Source: Arenicellales bacterium
Lineage (GTDB): Bacteria > Pseudomonadota > Gammaproteobacteria > Arenicellales > JAHEKD01
Direction: 5' to 3'
NCBI GenBank assembly: GCA_965204695.1
Contig: OZ242007.1
Coordinates: 387,859 to 451,858, forward strand
DNA length: 64,000 nucleotides
Shown: positions 18,129 through 28,202 of the stretch, one piece after another
Position numbering within the stretch: position 1 is the stretch's first letter
How the letters are laid out: every line of letters begins with the position of its first letter
Notes under the pieces: generated by a model
Database searches by the model: none
Told to the model about the DNA's origin: nothing
What the model saw: the letters and a program-made list of their open reading frames with translations, nothing else
Translations under genes and position numbers: made by a program

Positions 18129-19739
18129 CCCTGATTCCCGGATAAGAATCCTATAAAAGGGTTAAAAGCTGCACCGGCCAAGGGTTTCAGGGATAATCCC
18201 TGTTGCAATACAACTCACCTGGCAGGTGCAAGATAATGATACCTCAATCCGCTCCTAAAATTGATATTGATTTCACCGATGAACGGCTAACGAGCAACGC
18301 CGGATTGGTGTTTATCGGTCAACAAGCCAAGCACATGAAGGTGCCAGAGTTACTGGATACGAGGATTAAGGTCAAGCAGCGCAATCGCGGGTGCAATGAT
18401 GCACAGATGTTACTGAGCCTGATTTATTCGTTTTGCACGGGCAATGGGTGTTTGTCGGATGTGGATGCCTTGAAAGCGGATCGGGTCGCGCAACAGCTAT
18501 TAGGCTTAACCCAAGTCCCTGATTCACGGCGGTTGGGCGAATATTTATCGCGCTGCACGCCGGATGGACTGGATCAGTTATATACCATTATTCGCACCCT
18601 CACGCCGTCTATCATTGCACCGGTCATCGCTCATCACCGCGAACAGGACGGTTATATTCCCGTCTTTATGGACGGCAGTGCGATTGAGGTCACGGGCCGG
18701 TTATTTGAACAGGCCAATTGGGGGTTTACCGGTGAGGACCAATACTGGTTGCATGGGGTATTTATCGGCAGTGCCTGGGTCAGTGGCCGGTTACATCCTG
18801 GCGGCAGTACGGTCACCGGCGATTGGCGCGGTCAATTGGATCAGGATGTGTCGCCGTTGCTTGCGGATACCGATCAGGTCTGGCTACGGGTCGATAACAG
18901 CTATTACAACGGCCAACTGATTGAGTATTGCCAGGCCAAGGGCTGGGACTATTCCATCTCGGTCACGGATACCCGAAAGAAAACGCCTATCCTGGAGCAG
19001 TTGGAAGGCTTAGCCGATACGTGTTGGGCGGACATTGGTATGGAAGAATCAGCGATTTTTGCCTATTATCAACCAACGAATTGGACCGCTGAGCAAACTT
19101 ATGTGGTCATTCGCCGGATGGAAGAAAACAAACAACAATTACTGGTGCCGATCTATACGGTCATCCTGGTGTCACGGGGCGATTTACCGCTAAAAGAACT
19201 CGTCAAACGGCATCGCGGCAAACAGGGCCAGGAAAACGCCTTTAAAGGCCCGCTGACGGATCTGGATTTACATCATCCGCCATGCCGATCCTTTATCGCC
19301 AATCAGGTCTTTTACGCCTGTGGCCAGATCGCCCAGTTGCTGCTGCGGGCGGTGCAATATCAACTGTTACCCGATATCGCCCGTCAACATGGTATTCGGC
19401 CCATTATCCGTTATCTGATTCGATCTTGTGCCCGGTTAGTGCAAACGGGCCGACGATTGAAACTGTATTTTGCCAAGACCGCATTCAGGCTGGACTGGAT
19501 TTATCATGCCGCCTGCCAACTGGAATAACGCAGACCAACATCAATGATAAATTGGGCGGGTGGTAGCCTGCCGATGAGGCTGTATGACTCAATTTGCAGG
19601 ATGGGGCCCCAAAGACAATAACTTGCCCATAAAACCACCCGTCAGATAACATTATTTATGACTTAACCTTGCTGTTGGATTTGAATTCGATAAATTCCAG
19701 AAAATTCCTGCTTTTTGTCGGTTTAACAGGGAATTAAGG
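18129..19739 (+). mobile_element. Complete insertion sequence (IS4/IS1380-like), 1611 bp
   Basis: Imperfect terminal inverted repeats CCCTGATTCCCGG (18129..) and CAGGGAATTAAGG (..19739), 10/13 matching. Flanked by identical AAAGGTAA at 18121..18128 and 19740..19747. Visibly more GC-rich than its flanks. Confidence 0.8.
18236..19528 (+). CDS. DDE transposase (IS4/IS1380-like)
   Basis: Start at MIPQSAPK. N-terminal FTDERLTSNAGL motif common to IS1380/IS4-type transposases. Single long ORF filling the element. Confidence 0.8.
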   Translation: MIPQSAPKIDIDFTDERLTSNAGLVFIGQQAKHMKVPELLDTRIKVKQRNRGCNDAQMLLSLIYSFCTGNGCLSDVDALKADRVAQQLLGLTQVPDSRRLGEYLSRCTPDGLDQLYTIIRTLTPSIIAPVIAHHREQDGYIPVFMDGSAIEVTGRLFEQANWGFTGEDQYWLHGVFIGSAWVSGRLHPGGSTVTGDWRGQLDQDVSPLLADTDQVWLRVDNSYYNGQLIEYCQAKGWDYSISVTDTRKKTPILEQLEGLADTCWADIGMEESAIFAYYQPTNWTAEQTYVVIRRMEENKQQLLVPIYTVILVSRGDLPLKELVKRHRGKQGQENAFKGPLTDLDLHHPPCRSFIANQVFYACGQIAQLLLRAVQYQLLPDIARQHGIRPIIRYLIRSCARLVQTGRRLKLYFAKTAFRLDWIYHAACQLE

Positions 19740-19852
19740 AAAGGTAATTGTTACCTAGATTTTACAGTCGATGTGTGATATGTGGACCAAGGGTTTTGAG
19801 ATGTAATCTACAGAAGTTAACTCAGACGCTCAAACACCGAGATATCAAAAAT

Positions 19853-20770
19853 TTAATAAGTTCCTCTTTTACTAGATTTTATGACCAGATAGATACCAAA
19901 CACCGTCAATATCATTCCGAAGACTGAAGTTAGCGAAAGCTTCTCATCAAATAATAACCAGGTTAATGTTGCAGCTGATACCGGCACCAGATAAAAATAA
20001 CTGGCCACCTTGGCTGCTTCGCCGATTCTAATCAAATACATTAGTAACATGACTGCCGCAACCGACAGTACAAAGATTAGCCATATTAAGCCAAGGATGA
20101 ACTCAAAGCTCCATTCAATCTGACGTGTTTCAAAACTAAAAGCAATAATACCTAGCAAGATAGCCGCCATTAGGTATTGAAAAAATGAACCGGTAATAAT
20201 ATCTACACCATTACCAAAGCGTTTTTGATATAAAGTTCCAATTGAAATAGACAATACTGAAGCGAACGAAAATACCAGTGCGGCTTTATTAACCTCGAAA
20301 TCACCTAACTGCTTACCGGCAAACAACACAGTTCCGACTCCCACAAAACCGCAAACCAAACCCAGCCATTGACTCCACGCCAATTTTTCATTCAACCATA
20401 ACAGGGCGACAATAGCAGTGAGAATGGGTTGCAGACCCACGATTATTGCACACACTCCAGCAGGCATTCCCAGACTTATTGCCGCAAACACGCCGCCAAG
20501 ATAACCCACGTGGAAAAGCGCACCTGCAATCATTTGATGAAGAGCCTCGACGACGGTTAAACGCTTAGAATTAAATATCCATATGATTATTAAAAACAAC
20601 AATACTGTGATCGACATGCGAACCCACAACAACGTAAACGGCTCTGCATAGGGCAAAGTATACTTTGCTCCGACAAATCCCGTGCTCCACAAGAATACAA
20701 AAATCCAGGGAGCTAACTTTACTAGTAGCGATGATGTAGCCAATTTGTCAGATCCCTCCTGTCCTGCCAT
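19853..20770 (-). CDS. DMT-superfamily (EamA-like) transporter
   Basis: 305 aa, ten predicted hydrophobic segments arranged as two EamA-like halves. Confidence 0.8.
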   Translation of the reverse strand: MAGQEGSDKLATSSLLVKLAPWIFVFLWSTGFVGAKYTLPYAEPFTLLWVRMSITVLLFLIIIWIFNSKRLTVVEALHQMIAGALFHVGYLGGVFAAISLGMPAGVCAIIVGLQPILTAIVALLWLNEKLAWSQWLGLVCGFVGVGTVLFAGKQLGDFEVNKAALVFSFASVLSISIGTLYQKRFGNGVDIITGSFFQYLMAAILLGIIAFSFETRQIEWSFEFILGLIWLIFVLSVAAVMLLMYLIRIGEAAKVASYFYLVPVSAATLTWLLFDEKLSLTSVFGMILTVFGIYLVIKSSKRGTY

Positions 20771-20821
20771 AAGAGGGGAAGAAATGGGTATTTACAAACG
20801 AAGAGGCCAAAATATCGAGTT

Positions 20822-20852
20822 CTCCCCCTTTCAGGGGGAGTTAGAGGGGGTT
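20822..20852. repeat. Intergenic hairpin repeat, CTCCCCC..GGGGGAG + TTAGAGGGGG type
   Basis: CTCCCCCTTTCAGGGGGAGTTAGAGGGGGTT. Related copies at 30449..30475 (inverted) and 30504..30534. Confidence 0.65.
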
Positions 20853-20856
20853 ACCA

Positions 20857-21915
20857 TTAACCCAGTGTTTTCGCTGCATGAGACAAATTAGTCAGCTTCT
20901 GCTTACATTGTTCCCTTGATAAAAACCCCAAACCGCAATCCGGTGCAGCTAACAAACGATCCGCGTCAATGTGATTTAAGGCTTGTTCCAATCTTTGCTG
21001 AATTTCCTCAACGGGTTCGATCCGGCTTTTGGCAATTGCTACTACCCCAAAAATCACTTTTGTGTTTTGAAATTTTTCCAATAAGGATAAATCGTTATTT
21101 CTATGCGCATCTTCGATAGAAACAGCATTAATGCTTGATCGATCCATCGCTTCAGAAAGATCGAAATAAGCATGGGGATCCGCTTTAGGGTAATCATCCC
21201 GATCAATTCGATCTGGATAACCACAGCACATGTGTACAGTACGTTGCACATAATCAGGACAACCATGAAAGGCTCGTTCTAAATTTTCAAAACCATAATC
21301 CAAAGCCTCTTTGGGTTTGCGCGCAAACAAAGGTTCATCAATTTGGATATGCTTACAACCCGCTTCAGCCAAAGAAAGCACTTCCTTGTTTAGTGCATCG
21401 GCTAAATCCGCACCAAGTTTGGCATTATCATTGTAAAAATCATCTGCATTAGTGTCGGTAATAGTCATCGGCCCAGGCATAGTCATTTTGACATCTTTAT
21501 CAGTAAATGACTGGGCAATCTTCCACTCATCAGCCAAAAAAAATTCACGTGTTTTAATAGGAGCAGTAATGGTCGGTAACTTTGCAGTATATGAGCCATT
21601 ACGCAATACTTTGGCTGTAAGTCGATTGAAATCGAAACCATCAATATGCCGACAATGATAGTGAACATAATTTTCACGCCTAACCTCACCATCTGTTGGA
21701 ATATCTATGCCATACGAGACTTGATCATCGATCACCTCTTTAACACCACGCTGTAATATTTGCTCAGCATCCGGTCCCATCGCTTGTAGAGCTTTGAGCC
21801 AGCTCCCCGTAGGATTGGCATTATCTGGCCCATCAAATTCAGGATCAAACCAGTCTGGGAGATTTATATAGTCAGGTTTTGGATAAGCCCCAATAACAGT
21901 CGTTTTAAGCGCCAT
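20857..21915 (-). CDS. Cobalamin-independent methionine-synthase-like (MetE C-terminal domain family) methyltransferase
   Basis: 352 aa. N-terminal TTVIGAYPKPDY, HIQIDEP, and a Zn-ligand-like HMCCGYP. Confidence 0.75.
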   Translation of the reverse strand: MALKTTVIGAYPKPDYINLPDWFDPEFDGPDNANPTGSWLKALQAMGPDAEQILQRGVKEVIDDQVSYGIDIPTDGEVRRENYVHYHCRHIDGFDFNRLTAKVLRNGSYTAKLPTITAPIKTREFFLADEWKIAQSFTDKDVKMTMPGPMTITDTNADDFYNDNAKLGADLADALNKEVLSLAEAGCKHIQIDEPLFARKPKEALDYGFENLERAFHGCPDYVQRTVHMCCGYPDRIDRDDYPKADPHAYFDLSEAMDRSSINAVSIEDAHRNNDLSLLEKFQNTKVIFGVVAIAKSRIEPVEEIQQRLEQALNHIDADRLLAAPDCGLGFLSREQCKQKLTNLSHAAKTLG

Positions 21916-22061
21916 TTTCGTTCCTCGATGTCAGTTATTCTTAACTAAGGTAGGTGATTCTTACATACCCTTGGGTAAAAAAATATCAAAATTTCTTAGC
22001 TTTAGAAATGAAAATAATAACTATTTTTTTCATATTAGTGATATATTACTCATTTATTTTC

Positions 22062-22643
22062 ATGCATAGAAGAGTGAAGAATCAATCAGGCTTTAGCATT
22101 GGTAAGCAAATTCGAGAATTACGCAAAGCCCGTGGTATGACTTTGGCTGATCTTGCAAAAGAGATCGATCGATCAGTCGGATATATTAGTCAGGCTGAAC
22201 GTGATAAGTCAGAAGTCACCATCGCCAGCTTAAATTTAATTGCCAAAGCACTGAATGTTGATTTGAGTTGGTTTTTTAATCAGCAACAAGACCATCAGTC
22301 AGAGGAAAGTATTTATATCGTTAGGGCTGATAATCGTCGTCAGCTTAATTTTATCGGTGCAGGAATGGCCGAATCGCTATTGTCTCCAAACTTAAATGGA
22401 GAGAGTTTGATGATATTAAATGAGTCACAACCCGGGGCTACAAGTGGTGATTTAATTAGACGAGATGTCGAAATGTCAGGCTATGTACTATCTGGCACGT
22501 TGAAATTAATCTTAGAAACCAATGAGTTTGTTTTAAATCAAGGCGACAGTTTCGTGTTGCCGCGTAATGTTTTACATGATTTTGAAAATATCGGTGAGGA
22601 TAATTGTCAAGTCATCTGGTATTTGACCCCAGCTATTTATTAA
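22062..22643 (+). CDS. XRE-family HTH + cupin-domain transcriptional regulator
   Basis: Start moved to MHRRVKNQ. The track start is an AT-rich extension. HTH IGKQIRELRKARGMTLADLAKEIDRSVGYISQAERDK, C-terminal cupin (GDSFVLPRNVLHDFEN). Confidence 0.8.
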   Translation: MHRRVKNQSGFSIGKQIRELRKARGMTLADLAKEIDRSVGYISQAERDKSEVTIASLNLIAKALNVDLSWFFNQQQDHQSEESIYIVRADNRRQLNFIGAGMAESLLSPNLNGESLMILNESQPGATSGDLIRRDVEMSGYVLSGTLKLILETNEFVLNQGDSFVLPRNVLHDFENIGEDNCQVIWYLTPAIY

Positions 22644-22655
22644 GGAGTTTAATTA

Positions 22656-25115
22656 ATGAGCAAATCGATCCCTTCTCAGGCTAGTGCTGTTGTTATTGGC
22701 GGTGGCGTTTCAGGCGCCAGTGTTGCTTATCACTTAGCTAAACAAGGTTGGCAGGATGTGGTCTTGCTTGAACGTCAGCAATTCTCTTGTGGCACAACCT
22801 GGCACGCAGCGGGTTTAGTTGGCACCATGCGTGCTAACGACAGTCATGCTCGCTTATGTGAATATTCTATGTCGTTACTCGATGAACTTGAAAAAGAGAC
22901 AGAACAGGCAACCGGGTTCAGACAAGTTGGGTCAATATCAATTGCACATAGTGAGGCTCGATTTGAAGAGTTAAAACGAGTTGCATCGATGAATAATGCC
23001 TTTGGAGTAACACGAGTAGACATCATTACACCAGAGGAGATAAAGGCCTTATACCCTTTTGTTAATACTGATGATTTGTTAGGCGGCAGTTGGGTTGAAC
23101 ATGATGGTTTTGCCAGTCCCATTGACGTTACCATGGCATTCATAAAAGGTGCACGTTTATATGGAGCAAAATGTATCGAAGGGATTAAAGTCACTGAGAT
23201 ACTAAAAGAAAATGGCAAAGTCACTGGGGTAGTCACTGACCAAGGCCAAATTAAGGCAGATTTTGTTACTGTGTGTGGTGGCATGTGGTCTCGTGATTTA
23301 GGCAAATCAATTGGCGTAAACATTCCACTTTATGCTTGTGAACATTATTACGCACTAACAGAAAAGCAGGATGATATACCCCCCACTCTCCCTGTATTAC
23401 GCGATCACGATAAATGTGCTTATTACAAGGAAGATGCAGGCAGCTTACTGGTCGGTGCATTTGAGAAAAATGCCATCGCCTACGATATCCGTCAACTACC
23501 GGAAGATTTTTCCTTTGATGAAATTGAAGGCCATGTTGAGGAGCAGTTGCTCCCAGTACTCGAAGATGCCATGGAGCGTATACCTTTCCTGCAAAATGTA
23601 GGTTGGCGTAAATTTTTCTGTGGCCCCGAAAGTTTCACACCTGATGATCAATTTCATATCGGTGAGTCACCAGAGGTTAAAAATCTTTATATTGGCGCCG
23701 GACTAAATTCAGTCGGCATCCAAACATCAGGAGGATTGGGCAAAGCTCTGGCCGAATGGATGGACAAAGGTCACGCCCCAATGGATCTGTGGGGCAACGA
23801 TATTCGCCGTATGCATCCGGTTCAAAATACGACTGCCTATCTAAAAGAACGGGTCACCGAAAGTTTAGGATTATTATACGAAAACCACTTTCCCTTCAGA
23901 CAGTTTGCAACTTCTCGAAATGTTCGCCACTCCCCTATTCACGAAAAACTAGTAGAACATAATGCCTGTTTTGGTGAAGTGGCAGGCTGGGAACGGCCAA
24001 ACTGGTTTGCTCCAGAGGGTGTAAAACCTGAGTATAAGTATAGTTTTGGTAAACAAAACTGGTTTGAATATTCAGCCGCTGAGCACAGAGCTTTTCGTGA
24101 GAATGTAGCCATGTTTGATCAAAGCAGTTTTTCCAAGTATTTGGTTCAAGGCAAAGATGCCTGTAATGCATTGCAACGAATCAGCTCAGCCAACGTTGAT
24201 GTTCCTGTCGGCAAAATGGTTTACACCCATTGGTTAAATGACAGAGGTGGTATTGAGGCTGATTTGACAGTAAATCGAATTGATGAAAATAAATATTTTA
24301 TAGTCAGTGCAGCCGCAGTCACCCATAAAGATTTAGACTGGTTAAATCGTAATATCGATCCGGACTCACATTGCTTTGTCACCAATGTTACCAATGCCTG
24401 GGCTGTATTGGGCATCATGGGCCCCAATAGTCGCGCAATGTTATCGAGTTTTATAGACGAAGATTTTTCAACTGAAACTTTTCCATTCGGAACTTTCAAA
24501 CCTGTAGAAATCGGCTGTGCTGTGGGTTACGCCTTTCGAGTCTCTTTTGTTGGTGAGCTAGGTTGGGAGCTTTATGTACCTGTTGAGCAAGCTCGGCATG
24601 CGTTTGATGTAGTAACGACAGCCGGTGAATCATTTGATCTCAAACTCGCAGGCCTGCACTGCCTTGATACAGGTCGCCTTGAGAAAAAGTTCCTGCATTT
24701 TGGTCATGATGTAGCCGATGAAGACACTCCATTGGAGGCAGGTGCAGGATTTGTTTGCGACATGAGTAAATCAATTCCTTTTATCGGTCATGATGCAATT
24801 GCCAAACAAAAAGAAAAAGATGGACCTTTAACTAAACGACTAATTCAATTCTTGCTTAAAGATCCAGAAGCTATTCTTTATCACCACGAACCGATTATCC
24901 GTGATAGTCAAACCGTCGGTTATTTAACTTCGGGTAATTACGGACATACTCTGGGCGGTTCAATTGGTCTTGGTTATGTCAGATGTAAAGAAGGCGTCAA
25001 TAAGGATTATATCGAGTCTGGCAATTTTGAAATTGAGGTAGGCGGTGAACGCATTCCGGCACAGGCCAGCCTGACCGCAATGTATGATCCTAAGGCGGAG
25101 CGGTTGAGGGGTTAG
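22656..25115 (+). CDS. FAD-dependent oxidoreductase fused to GcvT-type aminomethyltransferase (dimethylglycine/sarcosine dehydrogenase family)
   Basis: 819 aa. N-terminal dinucleotide fold AVVIGGGVSGASVAYHLAKQG. C-terminal folate-binding GcvT-like half (RVSFVGELGWELYVP). Confidence 0.85.
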   Translation: MSKSIPSQASAVVIGGGVSGASVAYHLAKQGWQDVVLLERQQFSCGTTWHAAGLVGTMRANDSHARLCEYSMSLLDELEKETEQATGFRQVGSISIAHSEARFEELKRVASMNNAFGVTRVDIITPEEIKALYPFVNTDDLLGGSWVEHDGFASPIDVTMAFIKGARLYGAKCIEGIKVTEILKENGKVTGVVTDQGQIKADFVTVCGGMWSRDLGKSIGVNIPLYACEHYYALTEKQDDIPPTLPVLRDHDKCAYYKEDAGSLLVGAFEKNAIAYDIRQLPEDFSFDEIEGHVEEQLLPVLEDAMERIPFLQNVGWRKFFCGPESFTPDDQFHIGESPEVKNLYIGAGLNSVGIQTSGGLGKALAEWMDKGHAPMDLWGNDIRRMHPVQNTTAYLKERVTESLGLLYENHFPFRQFATSRNVRHSPIHEKLVEHNACFGEVAGWERPNWFAPEGVKPEYKYSFGKQNWFEYSAAEHRAFRENVAMFDQSSFSKYLVQGKDACNALQRISSANVDVPVGKMVYTHWLNDRGGIEADLTVNRIDENKYFIVSAAAVTHKDLDWLNRNIDPDSHCFVTNVTNAWAVLGIMGPNSRAMLSSFIDEDFSTETFPFGTFKPVEIGCAVGYAFRVSFVGELGWELYVPVEQARHAFDVVTTAGESFDLKLAGLHCLDTGRLEKKFLHFGHDVADEDTPLEAGAGFVCDMSKSIPFIGHDAIAKQKEKDGPLTKRLIQFLLKDPEAILYHHEPIIRDSQTVGYLTSGNYGHTLGGSIGLGYVRCKEGVNKDYIESGNFEIEVGGERIPAQASLTAMYDPKAERLRG

Positions 25116-25352
25116 CAAACGTTTAAATACTGACTGGGATTAGGAGATTCCTCCACTCGTTTATCCTTGTAAGAGGGTTATCACTCGATTTTATGCTCGG
25201 ATGGGTGCTGAATGACAAGTTGAGATGTCATCCAGAGACGCTGTTAAACGTCGTGAGGATCTCCTGCCGATTTTTCGGCTTTAGAGCAGGCTTGTCTGAA
25301 TTGATTCAGGAATGGTTGCCTGAAGATCCCGGCACAAGGCCAGGATAAGTCT

Positions 25353-25391
25353 TGACAACTCAGTTGTCATAATTGACAATTCACTTGTCAA
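25353..25391. promoter_or_regulatory. Two tandem perfect palindromes (candidate MarR operators) immediately upstream of marR
   Basis: TGACAAC-TCA-GTTGTCA (25353..25369) and TTGACAA-TTCAC-TTGTCAA (25373..25391). Confidence 0.5.
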
Positions 25392-25405
25392 TATTTATTT
25401 CATTA

Positions 25406-25873
25406 ATGCCAGAACTAAATTCAAAGGAGATCTATCAAGTTACTTGGCTAATACGACGAGCATTTAGGCTTATGGGCACTCGTGTTGACCAGTATCTTAA
25501 GGATTTAGACATTTCCGCTTGCGATCGATCAGTGATGGATTACTTATACCCTGACCAGAAACTATCAGTACCTCAGATAGCCGAGCTTTATGATGTTTCC
25601 CGTCAACATATCCAATCAATCGTGAACTCTTTACTGGAACGCGAGATCGTAGAACTGCATGATAACCCCAAGCATAAACGCTCACCGCTAATTTCATTTT
25701 CCAAGTCAGGATTGGAGCTTTATAGAGAGATTCGCCAGCGTGATGATAAAGCCTTTACCTCGCTATTTTCTGAAATCAAAAAATCAGATAGCAAAATAAC
25801 AAGAAAAACGTTGAAAAAATTAATTGATAAGCTGGCAATTGAAATCGAACAAAACCACCAAAAGGAACAATAG
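25406..25873 (+). CDS. MarR-family transcriptional regulator
   Basis: Start moved to MPELNSKE. The track TTG start lies inside the operator. Winged-HTH LSVPQIAELYDVSRQHIQSIVNSLLEREIV. Confidence 0.8.
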   Translation: MPELNSKEIYQVTWLIRRAFRLMGTRVDQYLKDLDISACDRSVMDYLYPDQKLSVPQIAELYDVSRQHIQSIVNSLLEREIVELHDNPKHKRSPLISFSKSGLELYREIRQRDDKAFTSLFSEIKKSDSKITRKTLKKLIDKLAIEIEQNHQKEQ

Positions 25874-25874
25874 C

Positions 25875-28199
25875 ATGTTGAAAGCATACGCTGATTTTGT
25901 AATACGTTTTAAATATCTTGTTGTGCTTGCCACCATAGCAATGGTTTTGTTAATGGCATCTGGTGGACGATTTTTAGAATTTAATAATGATTACCGCGTA
26001 TTTTTTGATGGTGACAACCCACAACTCGTCGCATTCGAAAACTTACAAGATACCTATACCAAGAATGACAATGCCTTAATTACTATCACTCCAGCTAGTG
26101 GAGAGGTTTTCACAAATGAAACATTAGCCATTGTTGTTGATTTAACTGACCGTGCCTGGCAGACCCCTTACTCTATTCGTGTCGATTCACTAAGCAATTA
26201 TCAACATACTTATTCGATAGAAGACGACTTAATCGTTGAAGATCTCATTGAAGATCCAACGACATTGAGTGAGTCCGACTTAACAAAAATCAAAGACATC
26301 GTTTTGACGGAGCCTACTCTCCTCCACCGCCTCGTCTCAGATACGGCCGACATCACAGCTGTTAATATCACTGTTGAACTTCCGGGTGTAAACCCAAATG
26401 TGGAGGTGCCGGAAGTTGCCGAGTTTGTTCAGCAGATTATTGACTACGCTGAACAGACTTATCCTGATCACGACTTCCACTTAAGCGGTATTGTGATGAT
26501 GAATAATGCCTTTGCTCAGGCATCCTTGTATGACATGACTCATCTAATCCCGATATCGTTAATATTAATTCTGCTTATTATCTTTTTGTTTATTCGTGGA
26601 TTTTTCAGAACACTAACCGTGTTTATAGTAATTTTATTTACTGTAATAACCACCATGGGCTCGGTTGGTTGGCTGGGTGTGGAACTCACCACGCCGCTGA
26701 TGTCATTACCCACCATAATCATGACACTGGCCGTTGCCGATTGTGTCCATCTGCTAGTGACCTGGGTTCAAGAAGTCAGAAAGGGTAAAGATAAATATGA
26801 CGCTATTCGTGAATCCATACGCGTTAATTTTATGCCGATATTTTTTACTTCTGTGACCACCGCTATCGGTTTTATGGCACTTAATTTTAGCGATGCCCCA
26901 CCGTTTCGTCACTTAGGTAATTTTTCAGCTATCGGTGTCATGTTTGCCTTCTTTTACGCTTTGACGTTATTGCCTGCTATGCTGGCGATTCTGCCTTGTA
27001 ATATTAAGCAAGCTGAATCAACGCGATTTACCCTAATCATGGATAAATTTGCTGATTTCGTGATTAGCAAACAGAAAGTCTTGTTATGGACCTGCTTAAT
27101 TCTTACTTTTGGTATTGCTGCATTTATTAGTAAAAATTACTTGAATGATAATTTTGTTAAATATTTTGATGAGCGAATTCCTTTCAGAACCCACTCTGAA
27201 TATGTGGCCGAGCATTTGGGTGGTATATATTTTGTCGATTTCTCATTGGATTCCAAAGAAGAAGGTGGTGTTGCAATTCCCGAGTTCCAAGCTCAGGTAG
27301 ATAAATTTGTACGCTGGATGGAAACACAACCAGAAGTTGTTCATGTAAATAGCATCACCGACACCATGAAGCGTTTAAACAAAAACTTACATGGTGATGA
27401 TCAAAGCTGGTATCAATTGCCAGAACAACGCGATCTGGCTGCACAGTATTTATTGCTCTATGAGATGTCACTGCCTTACGGCTTGGACTTGAATAATCAA
27501 ATCGATATTTCGAAGTCTTCAACCCGGGTGTCAGTAACCTTAGAAATACTCACTACTCAACAAGTGTTGGCGCTAGAGCAACGAATCATCAACTGGATGA
27601 ATGAAAATACACCTGCAATTGCCACTTATGGTGGCAGCCCAACAGTGATGTTTTCTCATATTGGTATTACCAATATCAAAAGCATGTTATTGGGTACAAG
27701 CATAGCTTTGGTTGTTATCTCACTATTGTTAATTCTAGTGTTTCGTTCCTTCAAATATGGCCTGCTAAGCTTAATTCCGAATTTACTTCCTGTGGCTGTT
27801 GCTTTTGGGCTTTGGGGGATTTTCGTCTCTGAGATCGGTATGAGCCTTGCATTTGTAACGGCCATGACCTTGGGTATTGTGGTGGACGACACTATCCATT
27901 TTATGAGTAAATATTTACGTGCAATCAGAGAACAAGGCTTAAGTGCCGAAGCAGCAGTTAAGTCAGCCTTCTCCGGTGTCGGAATAGCACTGTGGATAAC
28001 CTCATTGGCATTGGTAGCAGGATTTTTCGTGCTCGGCACATCATCTTTCAAACTTAATGCTGATATGGGCTTAATGACATCACTGACCATGGCATTAGCA
28101 TTATTAATCGATTTTCTATTATTACCGCCGTTGTTAATCTTAATTTCAAGAAAACGCCGTGATAATAGACTTGACCAAACAATTCCAATTACAGGTTGA
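25875..28199 (+). CDS. RND-superfamily exporter (MMPL/HpnN-like, 12-TM, two large periplasmic loops)
   Basis: Start at MLKAYADF, 1 nt after the marR stop. Repeated membrane halves with GIVVDDTIHF-type motif. Confidence 0.8.
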   Translation: MLKAYADFVIRFKYLVVLATIAMVLLMASGGRFLEFNNDYRVFFDGDNPQLVAFENLQDTYTKNDNALITITPASGEVFTNETLAIVVDLTDRAWQTPYSIRVDSLSNYQHTYSIEDDLIVEDLIEDPTTLSESDLTKIKDIVLTEPTLLHRLVSDTADITAVNITVELPGVNPNVEVPEVAEFVQQIIDYAEQTYPDHDFHLSGIVMMNNAFAQASLYDMTHLIPISLILILLIIFLFIRGFFRTLTVFIVILFTVITTMGSVGWLGVELTTPLMSLPTIIMTLAVADCVHLLVTWVQEVRKGKDKYDAIRESIRVNFMPIFFTSVTTAIGFMALNFSDAPPFRHLGNFSAIGVMFAFFYALTLLPAMLAILPCNIKQAESTRFTLIMDKFADFVISKQKVLLWTCLILTFGIAAFISKNYLNDNFVKYFDERIPFRTHSEYVAEHLGGIYFVDFSLDSKEEGGVAIPEFQAQVDKFVRWMETQPEVVHVNSITDTMKRLNKNLHGDDQSWYQLPEQRDLAAQYLLLYEMSLPYGLDLNNQIDISKSSTRVSVTLEILTTQQVLALEQRIINWMNENTPAIATYGGSPTVMFSHIGITNIKSMLLGTSIALVVISLLLILVFRSFKYGLLSLIPNLLPVAVAFGLWGIFVSEIGMSLAFVTAMTLGIVVDDTIHFMSKYLRAIREQGLSAEAAVKSAFSGVGIALWITSLALVAGFFVLGTSSFKLNADMGLMTSLTMALALLIDFLLLPPLLILISRKRRDNRLDQTIPITG

Positions 28200-28202
28200 A
28201 CA

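Noticed and set aside
18564-19566. Alternative-frame ORFs (118 aa and 94 aa) inside the IS
   Set aside because: They overlap the transposase frame in GC-rich DNA, where spurious ORFs are expected.
21954-22061. N-terminal extensions produced by upstream alternative start codons in the ORF track (also 10768..10853, 15754..15810, 25373..25405, 25824..25874, 45596..45646, 58274..58279, 60102..60191)
   Set aside because: The extensions are hydrophobic or AT-rich nonsense, overlap operators or upstream genes, and lack an SD. Internal ATGs with better context and homologue-like N-termini were used instead.
22844-23323. 159-aa ORF antisense to the DMGDH-like gene
   Set aside because: The opposite strand carries a clear FAD-oxidoreductase sequence, and the antisense ORF has no features.
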